In this document: piece by piece, positions 8,057-15,216 of the stretch
Layout: each line of letters starts with the position of its first letter
Position numbering within the stretch: the first letter of the stretch is position 1
NCBI GenBank assembly: GCA_020693165.1
Contig: JAIMJQ010000007.1
Span: 1 to 51,275 of the forward strand
Direction: 5' to 3'
Origin: Xanthomonas sp.
Lineage (GTDB): Bacteria > Pseudomonadota > Gammaproteobacteria > Xanthomonadales > SZUA-5
DNA: 51,275 bases
Position numbers and translations under genes: made by a program
The notes under the pieces: model-generated
The model's database searches: none
Told to the model about the DNA's origin: nothing
Seen by the model: only the letters and a program-made list of their open reading frames with translations

Positions 8057-8797
8057 ATGTGGGCGCGCATCATAACCAGAACCGCGGTCGCGTCGAGAAA
8101 TCCCATCCAAGCCAACTCGCCCGCCATCGAGAGTGCGCAGGATCGTCCGCACCGGCGGCTGCTCGAATGCGTCGATCGGCATCGCCGGCACCACTGGCGC
8201 CAGCCGATCGCTGCGCATTCGCATGCGGCTTTCGGGCAGCTGCAGTCATGGCTGTGCGAGCGCGCGGCGTTGCCGCTGGTGCTCGATAGCGGCTGTGGCA
8301 CCGGCGCCAGCACGGCAGCACTCGCGGCGGCGCATCCTGGCTGTGCGGTGGTCGGCGTCGACCAATCGTTGGCGCGGCTGTCGCGGCACGTCGAGATCGC
8401 GGGCGACCTGGCGCTGATCGCCGCGAATGCCGCGCTGCTGCGCGCGCCGTTGCAAGATGTCTGGCGCCTGCTGCTTGCCGATGACCGGCGCCTTGAGCGG
8501 CACTTGCTCTGGTATCCGAATCCGTGGCCGAAGCCCGAGCACCTCGGGCGCCGCTGGCATGCGCACCCGGTGTTTCCTGCGTTGCTTGCCCTCGGCGGCA
8601 AGATCGAGCTGCGCAGCAATTGGCGCGTTTACGTCGACGAGTTCGCACTGGCGCTGCTTGCGCATGGATGGCCGAGCACGATCGCCGCGGTTGGCGCATT
8701 CGACGATCCGGTGACGCCGTTCGAGCGCAAGTACCGGGATTCCGGGCACCCGCTGTGGTGCCTTTCGACTGCGCCACCCGCGAATCGCGGTGCGTGA
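8057..8797 (+). CDS. SAM-dependent methyltransferase, TrmB (tRNA m7G46)-like
   Basis: SAM motif LDSGCGTGAS and LLWYPNPWPKPEH, typical of the TrmB family. The start is uncertain: 8057 is the first in-frame ATG and lies only 15 nt from the divergent metX start. Confidence 0.55.
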   Translation: MWARIITRTAVASRNPIQANSPAIESAQDRPHRRLLECVDRHRRHHWRQPIAAHSHAAFGQLQSWLCERAALPLVLDSGCGTGASTAALAAAHPGCAVVGVDQSLARLSRHVEIAGDLALIAANAALLRAPLQDVWRLLLADDRRLERHLLWYPNPWPKPEHLGRRWHAHPVFPALLALGGKIELRSNWRVYVDEFALALLAHGWPSTIAAVGAFDDPVTPFERKYRDSGHPLWCLSTAPPANRGA

Positions 8798-8800
8798 ATC

Positions 8801-8818
8801 GGGACTCTCACCGAACAT
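8801..8818 (+). repeat. Isolated terminal segment of the TGTTCG core (GGGACTCTCACCGAACAT)
   Basis: Identical to the reverse complement of 14370-14387. Lies 3 nt after the TrmB-like stop codon. Confidence 0.7.
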
Positions 8819-8859
8819 AACGTAAGCAATTGATTTGAGTGGATTAAAAGTTCATCACT

Positions 8860-9008
8860 CCGTTCACTCTGAGCAAAGCGTCCGACGCTTTATCGGTACG
8901 CACAATCGATTGCCCTGAGCCTGTCGAAGGGCGAAGGGTGGCGCGCACCGTCACCCTTCGACGGCGCGTCCCGGTGCAGCTCCGGGACGCTCTGCTCAGG
9001 GCGAACGG
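8860..9008. repeat. MITE-like element bounded by 24-nt imperfect terminal inverted repeats, with a nested heptamer-armed hairpin
   Basis: Left arm CCGTTCACTCTGAGCAAAGCGTCC (8860-8883). The right arm (8985-9008) reads CCGTTCGCCCTGAGCAGAGCGTCC on the other strand. Inner hairpin at 8923-8962: GTCGAAGGG CGAAGGG TG..CACCCTTCGAC. The same TIR family occurs at 44359-44574. Confidence 0.75.
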
Positions 9009-9021
9009 TGGGGAAGTGAGC

Positions 9022-9072
9022 CAGTTCGATGCGCCAATAGGCGCACCGGCCAAGGGCGGCCGGGACTTTCAC
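9022..9072 (+). repeat. Conserved TGTTCG core copy
   Basis: CAGTTCGATGCGCCAATAGGCGCACCGGCCAAGGGCGGCCGGGACTTTCAC aligns with 4707-4752 and with the reverse complement of 14369-14426. Its end overlaps the GNAT stop codon (9069-9071). Confidence 0.75.
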
Positions 9073-9551
9073 AAATCCAGCAAATAGAACCGGTTGCAGC
9101 CAAAATGTCCGGTGTTGCCGAGTGCCGCCGGGATGCGCTGGAAGCCGACGTGCTCATACAGTCTCTGGGCAAGGTCCATGCCGGTCAGCGTTTCCAGATA
9201 GCACTGGGCATAGCCCGCTTCGCGCGCGAAGGCGAGGCACTGGCGCATCAGCGCGCTGCCGGCACCGATCCCGCGCAGGCCGGGCAGGATGTACATCTTG
9301 CGCAACTCGCAGATCCGGCTGTCGCCTGCGGTCAGCGGCGCGATGCCGCCGCCGCCCTCGATGCGACCTTCGCGTTCGATGACGAAATAGCGGTGGCCAG
9401 CGGCCGCGTAGGCCTGGCTCATCGCCTCCACTTCCGGATCGTGGATCGCGAAGCCGGGACCGTCGGCGCCGAACTCGGGCATCACACTGCGGATGATTGC
9501 CGCCATCGCGGCGTCGTCGGCCGCCTCGATCGGGCGAATGCGAAAGCTCAT
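9069..9551 (-). CDS. GNAT family N-acetyltransferase
   Basis: 160 aa from MSFRIRPIEA. Acetyl-CoA motif LRGIGAGSALM. The ATG overlaps the cyanophycinase stop (ATGA at 9549-9553). The 350-aa track ORF is an out-of-frame read-through into cphE. Confidence 0.8.
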   Translation of the reverse strand: MSFRIRPIEAADDAAMAAIIRSVMPEFGADGPGFAIHDPEVEAMSQAYAAAGHRYFVIEREGRIEGGGGIAPLTAGDSRICELRKMYILPGLRGIGAGSALMRQCLAFAREAGYAQCYLETLTGMDLAQRLYEHVGFQRIPAALGNTGHFGCNRFYLLDL

Positions 9552-10363
9552 CAGTCGAGTACCTTGCGATCGTCGATGTCGTAGCGCATCCCGGGCGTCA
9601 GGATGTGCAAGCGCACGTTGGTGATGCTGACGGCTTCGCCATGACTGGCGTCGGCCAGTGACGAGTGGCGCACGTCGGAGGGGTCCAGTACCAGGATCGT
9701 GCTGCTGCCGACAACCTCGATGACGTTGTCCGGGCCGATGAAGGCTGCAGTGTCCTCGTCGATGCCGAGCGCCAGCGCGAACGGGTTCAGCGCCAGCGCC
9801 GTCAACAGGCGGCCGATGCGGTCGCGCTGGCGGAAATGCTGGTCGATCATGATCTTGTTCGACAAGCCGAGGCCAGGCGCCAGGCTGACCATGCCGGCGC
9901 GCGGCGTCGCACCTTCCTCCCCGCCCGCGATCATGTGCGCCGGCATGATCGCCGCGCCGGCCGACGTTCCGGCGATCGGCATGCCGTTGGCGTGGCGCCG
10001 TCGCAACATGCGCGCCACCGGCGTGCCGCCGATGGTGGTCGATAGCCGCAGTTGGTTGCCTCCGGTGATGAACACACCGTCGCACTGGCTCAAAAAACTG
10101 AGCGCAGCCTCGCTTTCGCAATCTTCGCGGCGGCCGAACTGCAACACCTGGGTGTCGCTGGCATCGAAGTCCGAAAAGATGTCCTGATAGACGCGTCCGG
10201 CATCGTCACGTCGCGAAGCGGTAGGAATGATCGCGATCGACGGCTTTCGGCCGCAAAGTTTCACGAACCGCTTGAGAATCTTGACATCGCCGATCTTGTC
10301 CTCGGCGCCGCCAATGGGGATCAGAAAGCCGCGAACACGATCTGGCTGGCTGTGAGCCGGCAC
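9551..10363 (-). CDS. cphE: cyanophycinase (peptidase S51)
   Basis: 270 aa. Motifs IPIGGAEDK, FITGGNQLRL and the catalytic-Ser motif IAGTSAGAAIM. Confidence 0.8.
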   Translation of the reverse strand: MPAHSQPDRVRGFLIPIGGAEDKIGDVKILKRFVKLCGRKPSIAIIPTASRRDDAGRVYQDIFSDFDASDTQVLQFGRREDCESEAALSFLSQCDGVFITGGNQLRLSTTIGGTPVARMLRRRHANGMPIAGTSAGAAIMPAHMIAGGEEGATPRAGMVSLAPGLGLSNKIMIDQHFRQRDRIGRLLTALALNPFALALGIDEDTAAFIGPDNVIEVVGSSTILVLDPSDVRHSSLADASHGEAVSITNVRLHILTPGMRYDIDDRKVLD

Positions 10364-10503
10364 GGAACCTCCAGGGGGGTGCAGTAGCAGCTCAGTATAG
10401 CGGGATGTGTTGGGCTGCTCTGAATGGTTGGTCCGGGTGGGGGTGTGGGTTGTCGGGCTTCTGGGCTGGGGCGGGCGGCAACCTCGCGAGAACCTGGATC
10501 TTG

Positions 10504-10567
10504 GTGGGTCCAGACTTGTCTGGACCTACCAGAAGGAGCAGCAGCGTCCAGACAAGTCTGGACCCAC
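10504..10567. repeat. REPIN-like doublet: two perfect 22-nt inverted copies of a self-palindromic REP
   Basis: GTGGGTCCAGACTTGTCTGGAC (10504-10525) and GTCCAGACAAGTCTGGACCCAC (10546-10567) are exact reverse complements, separated by 20 nt. A related single copy is at 22626-22648. Confidence 0.85.
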
Positions 10568-10619
10568 AAAAGCCGCTGCGTGGCCGATCTCGTCGACCGG
10601 CAACCCGAAACCAAAGAAC

Positions 10620-13295
10620 CTACTGCCGTTCCCGGGCGTAGCGCTCGAAGTCCGCCGCCGGCATCGGTCGCGCGAAAAAATAGCCTTGCGCGTAGCGGGC
10701 GCCGAGTTCGATCAGGTAATCGCGCTGCTCGGCGGTCTCGACGCCCTCGGCGACCACTGACAGGTTGAGGGCGCGCGCCATCTGCAGGATGGCTTCGCAC
10801 AGCTTGGCATCGGTCGCATTTCCCGGAATACCCTGCATGAAGTGGTGGCTGATCTTGATGCCGGCGATCGGCAGCCGGCGCAAGTAGCCGAGTGCACTGT
10901 AGCCCTCGCCGAAATCGTCGATGCTGATCGCGACGCCGAGTTCCCGCAGTCTGGACAGCGTGTGCTCGGTGGCGGGCGCGTCCTCGATCAGGGCGCGTTC
11001 GGTCATCTCCAGTTCCAATGCCTGCGGCGGCAGTCCGGTCACGCGCAAGGTCTCGCGCACGGTTCGCTCGAAGTTTTCGCCGAGGAACTGCCGGAACGAA
11101 ACGTTGACTGCGACATGGCCGATGTCGAGGCCGGACGAGTGCCAGTCACGCAGTTGCAGACACGCCTGCTCGAGCACGTAGGCGCCGATGCGGACGATGT
11201 CGCCCGAGGTCTCGGCGATCGGGATGAAGGTGTCGGGCGCGAGGTCGCCAAGCACGCGACTGCGCCAGCGCAACAGTGCTTCGGCACCGACCACCTTGCC
11301 GTCGAGCAGGTCGATTTTCGGCTGGTAAACGAGGTGAAACTCCTCGTTCTCGATCGCCCGGCGCAACTGGGTCTCGATCAGCAGCCGTTCCTTCAACTGC
11401 AGTGCCAGCGCCGGCGAGAACATCTGCCAGTTGTTGCGACCGCGGCGCTTTGCCTCGGACATCGCCACGTCGGCGTGATTGAGCAACTGCTGCGCATTCA
11501 GGCCGTCGTTGGGGTAGCGCGCAATGCCGATCGACGGCGTGATCACGAAGTCCTCTCCGGCGTGCTGGAAGGCCTCGGAGAAGGCAGTGCGGATATGCTC
11601 GGCCAGGTGCCAGACCGACTCGTCGGTCGGCGCATCGGGCACCAGCGCCAGGAACTCGTCGCCACCGAAACGGGCGATCTGCACCGGCGAGGGCAGGGCA
11701 CTGGACAGCCGTCGCGCGGCCGCTACCAGCAGGCGGTCGCCGGCATTGTGCCCGAGCAGATCGTTGACCACCTTGAAACGGTCGAGGTCGATGTAGAGCA
11801 GGGCCGGCCCGGGGTGACCGTCGGTCGTCGCCAGTGCCGCAGCCAGGCTGGCAAGGATGGTGTCGCGGTTGAGCAGGCCAGTCAGCGCGTCGGTCTGTGC
11901 CTGGCGCCGCAAGCGGTCTTCTTCCAGCTTGCGCGACGTGATTTCCTGGATCGTTCCAGTCAATTGGTAGGGTACGCCACGGCGGCTCTGGGCGTGGCCA
12001 AGCACCCGCACCCACATGGTGCGGTTCGATGGATGGGCGACACGCACTTCGATGTCCAGCGGCGTGCCATCGCGCGCGGTACGCCCGACTGCGGCGTCGA
12101 GACGCGAGCGATCGCCCGCGATCAGCAGCGGCGCCAGGCCCTCGGTGCCAATCGGGTCGGCAGGGTCGCGTCCCAACAGGCGGTAAAGGGCCTCGGTCCA
12201 GTAAACCGTCCGCTGGCGCAGATCGAAGGTCCAGCCGCCGATGCGTGCGAGCGACTGCACCTCATCGAACAGTTCGGCGGCGCGCTTGAGCTCGGTGACG
12301 TCGCTGAACAGCGAAATCAGCTGGAACGGGCGTGGATCGCCGTTGCGGAACTGCGGCACCACGCTGATCGATACCCAACGGCCGATGCCGCTGTCGCGGT
12401 CCACCAGTCCGAGCACGGTCGACTCGATGCGTTCGCCGCTGCGCACCGCACGCAGCACCGGATTGTCGCCCCATTCGATCGCCTGTCCATCGTCGTCGTA
12501 GAGGTCCCATCCGGTGAGCCGGGCGCGGGCGTCGGTGGTTTCGGCGTCGATCCCGAGGATGCGTTCTGCCGCGGCATTCATCGACAGCACGCGGCCATTG
12601 CCGTCGTGAACGATGACCCCTTTGTCGACGGCGCCGAGCAGCGCTTGATAGCGCTCTTCGCTGGCGCGCAGTTCGCGTTCTGACCGCAGGCGTTCGGTGA
12701 TGTCGCGTGCGATCGCCACCACCAGTTTCTGGCTGTCCTCGACGTAAGCGCGCGAATGCACTTCGACCGGGATGATCTCGCCGCTGCTGCGCATGTTGGT
12801 GGTCTCGATGGTGGTGCTCTGGCCGACATCGAGGTCGTCCCAAACCTTCTCCATGTGGTCGGGCGGCAGGCCCGGGTTGAGGTCGAATACAGTGCGCGTG
12901 CGCAAGTCGTCGCGCGAGCGGCCGAACAAGCGTTCGGCTGCCTGGTTGGCATCGACGATCTTGCCCTCGCGGTTGATCAGCGTGATCGCGTCCGGAGCCG
13001 CATCGAAAATGCCCCCGTAGCGCGACATCGCAGATCGCCCGAGGCGCAACAGGTCACCGATGCGGCGGGCAATCTCGCTGAGGTCGGTATTGTCGAGCCC
13101 GCTGGAGCCGGCCTTGTCCTTGAGTTGGGTCAGCCACTCGAGCAGCTCGCGGGCAATGCTGTCGACCGCAGTCCGGCGCGAAATCGAGGGTGCCTGCCGG
13201 TTCAAGGACGGCGGGTCCGCGGCGTGCAACGGCTTGCGGTCGGGCCGGCCGCGGTCGCGCGCATTCGGTAGTTGTGAGGTGCCATCCAGGTCCAC
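10620..13295 (-). CDS. PAS-domain sensor with GGDEF diguanylate cyclase and EAL phosphodiesterase domains
   Basis: Multiple PAS-like segments, RFGGDEFL (GGDEF), EALLRW and DDFGEGYS (EAL). The track start at 13295 is a GTG, so the true start is uncertain. Confidence 0.85.
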   Translation of the reverse strand: MDLDGTSQLPNARDRGRPDRKPLHAADPPSLNRQAPSISRRTAVDSIARELLEWLTQLKDKAGSSGLDNTDLSEIARRIGDLLRLGRSAMSRYGGIFDAAPDAITLINREGKIVDANQAAERLFGRSRDDLRTRTVFDLNPGLPPDHMEKVWDDLDVGQSTTIETTNMRSSGEIIPVEVHSRAYVEDSQKLVVAIARDITERLRSERELRASEERYQALLGAVDKGVIVHDGNGRVLSMNAAAERILGIDAETTDARARLTGWDLYDDDGQAIEWGDNPVLRAVRSGERIESTVLGLVDRDSGIGRWVSISVVPQFRNGDPRPFQLISLFSDVTELKRAAELFDEVQSLARIGGWTFDLRQRTVYWTEALYRLLGRDPADPIGTEGLAPLLIAGDRSRLDAAVGRTARDGTPLDIEVRVAHPSNRTMWVRVLGHAQSRRGVPYQLTGTIQEITSRKLEEDRLRRQAQTDALTGLLNRDTILASLAAALATTDGHPGPALLYIDLDRFKVVNDLLGHNAGDRLLVAAARRLSSALPSPVQIARFGGDEFLALVPDAPTDESVWHLAEHIRTAFSEAFQHAGEDFVITPSIGIARYPNDGLNAQQLLNHADVAMSEAKRRGRNNWQMFSPALALQLKERLLIETQLRRAIENEEFHLVYQPKIDLLDGKVVGAEALLRWRSRVLGDLAPDTFIPIAETSGDIVRIGAYVLEQACLQLRDWHSSGLDIGHVAVNVSFRQFLGENFERTVRETLRVTGLPPQALELEMTERALIEDAPATEHTLSRLRELGVAISIDDFGEGYSALGYLRRLPIAGIKISHHFMQGIPGNATDAKLCEAILQMARALNLSVVAEGVETAEQRDYLIELGARYAQGYFFARPMPAADFERYARERQ

Positions 13296-13386
13296 CGGCC
13301 GGTCGCTCGGAGCATTCGCTTAGGTTAGCAGGCAGCGCCGACTTTCGGGACGCAGACGATGCACTCGCTATCCCCTCGGCGTCTGC

Positions 13387-14280
13387 TCAGGCCTTGAAGG
13401 CGCGGCCGACCTTGCTGCCGTTGTCGCGCTGCAACTGCGCGCTGATCCAGCGGCCGGTCGCAACCAGTGCCGGCAGGTCGATCCCGCTGCGCAGGCCGAG
13501 GCCGTGCAGCAGGTAGACCACATCCTCGCTGGCCACGTTGCCACTGGCGCCGGCGGCATACGGGCATCCGCCGAGGCCGGCGACCGAGGCATCGACGACG
13601 CGCACGCCGAGCTCCACGCAGGCCAGCGTGTTGGCGAGCGCCTGCCCATAGGTGTCGTGGAAGTGCACTGCCAGCGCGCACATCGGGACTTCGGCCGCGA
13701 CTGCCTGCAGCATCTGCCGCGCTCGCCCGGCAGTGCCGACGCCGATGGTGTCGCCGAGGGAAATCTCGTAGCAGCCCAGTTCGTGCAGACGGCGGGCGAC
13801 GCGCACCACATCGGCGATTGCCACCTCGCCCTGGTAAGGGCAGCCGAGGACCGTCGAGACGTAGCCGCGCACGCGCACGCCGTCATTGCGGGCGTGCTCG
13901 AACACCGGTTGGAAGCGCTCCAGGGACTGCTCGATGGTGGCGTTGATGTTGCGCAGGCTGAAGGCCTCGGAGGCCGCCGCGAACATCGCAATCTCGTTCA
14001 CGCCGACGCTGCGCGCACGCTGATAACCCTGCAGATTTGGCACCAGCACCGGATAGGCGACCCCCGCGCGCTTGCGAATGCCGCTGTAGACCTCGGCTGC
14101 ATCGGCCATCTGCGGGACCCACTTCGGGCTGACGAAACTGGTCGCCTCGACGCTGCGATGGCCGGCGTCGACCAGCCGTTCGATCAGTTCGATCTTGGTG
14201 GCGGTGGCGACCGGCGCAGCCTCGTTCTGCAGACCGTCGCGCGGACCCACTTCCACCAGGCGGATGTCGTTGTCGCTCAT
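13387..14280 (-). CDS. hydroxymethylglutaryl-CoA lyase
   Basis: 297 aa from the ATG at 14280 (MSDNDIRLVEVGPRDGLQNE). TIM-barrel HMGL-like motifs, including HFHDTYGQALAN. The track ORF is extended through the repeat region. Confidence 0.85.
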   Translation of the reverse strand: MSDNDIRLVEVGPRDGLQNEAAPVATATKIELIERLVDAGHRSVEATSFVSPKWVPQMADAAEVYSGIRKRAGVAYPVLVPNLQGYQRARSVGVNEIAMFAAASEAFSLRNINATIEQSLERFQPVFEHARNDGVRVRGYVSTVLGCPYQGEVAIADVVRVARRLHELGCYEISLGDTIGVGTAGRARQMLQAVAAEVPMCALAVHFHDTYGQALANTLACVELGVRVVDASVAGLGGCPYAAGASGNVASEDVVYLLHGLGLRSGIDLPALVATGRWISAQLQRDNGSKVGRAFKA

Positions 14281-14368
14281 GATCAACCCTGTGCTGCTGC
14301 CGATCGGGCTGATGCTGGCGGCGTTGAAGGCGGCAATCAAGGGTTGCAGCCAAGGCATCTGGTTTCGG

Positions 14369-14426
14369 CATGTTCGGTGAGAGTCCCGGTCGCCCCTGAC
14401 GGTGCGCCTATTCGCGCATCGAACAG
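14369..14426 (-). repeat. Conserved TGTTCG core, most complete copy (58 nt, inverted termini TGTTCGGTGAG / TGCGCATCGAACA-type)
   Basis: The minus strand reads CTGTTCGATGCGCGAATAGGCGCACCGTCAGGGGCGACCGGGACTCTCACCGAACATG. Confidence 0.8.
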
Positions 14427-14432
14427 TGGAGC

Positions 14433-14512
14433 GCACGAGGGCACGAGGGCACGAGGGCACGCAAAGGAAGATTCGGAGCAAGCTTCAGCTCATTCGTGCC
14501 CTCGTGCCCTCG
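14433..14512. repeat. Hairpin with tandem-octamer arms: (GCACGAGG)x3 ... (CCTCGTGC)x2
   Basis: Units at 14433-14456, complementary units at 14495-14512, about 38-nt spacer. Immediately adjacent to the core at 14369-14426. Confidence 0.8.
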
Positions 14513-14542
14513 AAGTTTGTGCCATACAATTCAATGATCTAT

Positions 14543-14576
14543 GGCATGTTCGGTGAGGGTGTCTGGCGCACATGCC
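14543..14576 (+). repeat. Partial core-like hairpin GGCATGTTCGGTGAGGGTGTCTGGCGCACATGCC
   Basis: Shares ATGTTCGGTGAG with the core start. GGCATGT and ACATGCC form a stem. Confidence 0.55.
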
Positions 14577-14690
14577 AGATTGCCGCCCCGGCGCGCGCTG
14601 GCAATTGTGCATCGGCTCCGGAGGGAGGGTTGACGGGCCTCACGGGCGCATCTATGCTCCCTTCCAATGTACTAACGCGCTATTACACAA

Positions 14691-15014
14691 ATGAAACGCC
14701 GGGCGTTGCAACCAGAAGCTACCGAAGTGACGCCCCTGGATTTTCTGTGCGAGGGTCTGCTGGCTTTACGCAGCGTCGACGAAATGCGTGCTTTTCTGCG
14801 CGATTTGACGACGCCGGCCGAGCTGGAGGCGCTTACCGACCGCTGGCGCGTGGTGCCTTACCTGATGCAGGAAGTCGCCTACCGCGAGATCCACGATCGC
14901 ACCGCGGTCAGTGTGACCACCATCGGCCGGGTGGCGCGCTTCCTGGGTGGTGAACATGGCGGCTACGCGCTGGCCGCCGGCCGGCTGAAACGCAAGGGGC
15001 GCTGGCCGTTGTAG
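14691..15014 (+). CDS. TrpR-related YerC/YecD family DNA-binding protein
   Basis: 107 aa. TPAELEALTDRWRV and YREIHDRTAVSVTTIGRVARFL (HTH) resemble the YerC/YecD family. Sits directly upstream of hisG. Confidence 0.7.
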   Translation: MKRRALQPEATEVTPLDFLCEGLLALRSVDEMRAFLRDLTTPAELEALTDRWRVVPYLMQEVAYREIHDRTAVSVTTIGRVARFLGGEHGGYALAAGRLKRKGRWPL

Positions 15015-15102
15015 AGGACGCCGTCGCCGACTGCCGAGTTGAGCAGGTAACAGGACGGGCGCTGCGCTGGTGGCAGCGGGCTTCGCCCGCAATGCTGCTT
15101 GA
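15011..15102 (+). repeat. REP-like structured segment beginning with GTAG that contains the yerC-like stop codon
   Basis: GTAGAGGACGCC...GCGCTGCGCTGGTGGCAGCGGGCTTCGCCCGCAATGCTGCT has nested short stems (CGCTGC/GCAGCG, GCGGGC/GCCCGC). The TAG at 15012-15014 lies inside GTAG. Confidence 0.55.
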
Positions 15103-15207
15103 CCAGCAACCAGCAACCAGCAACCAACATCCATCAACCAACAACCAACAACCAACAACCAACAACCAACATCCAACAACCGACAACCGACAACCGACAA
15201 CCATCAA
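15103..15207 (+). repeat. CA-rich microsatellite-like array: (CAGCAA/CAACCA/CAACAA)n then (CAACCGA)x3
   Basis: About 105 nt of 6- and 7-nt units ending 10 nt before the hisG ATG (15217). No Shine-Dalgarno sequence in between. Confidence 0.85.
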
Positions 15208-15216
15208 TCGCCCCCA

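Noticed and set aside
9069-10121. 350-aa track ORF suggesting a large protein fused to the GNAT domain.
   Set aside because: Its N-terminal 190 aa are an out-of-frame reading of the cyanophycinase gene (Arg/His/Gly-rich). The GNAT domain starts at the ATG at 9551, which overlaps the cphE stop.
14369-14426. GGTGAGAGTCCCGGTCGCCCCTGACGGTG superficially resembles the GGTG..TCC..CCCGC.ACTGT part of cobalamin riboswitches.
   Set aside because: The B12 box and the other conserved junction elements are absent. The sequence occurs in several copies in both orientations next to unrelated genes (RAYT/recQ, GNAT, HMG-CoA lyase). This fits a dispersed repeat, not a riboswitch.
15015-15216. Searched for a histidine-codon-rich leader peptide and attenuator upstream of hisG.
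   Set aside because: There is no short ORF with consecutive His codons and no terminator/antiterminator pair of the enterobacterial type. The region holds a REP-like segment plus a CA-rich array, and a YerC/TrpR-like regulator gene sits upstream instead.
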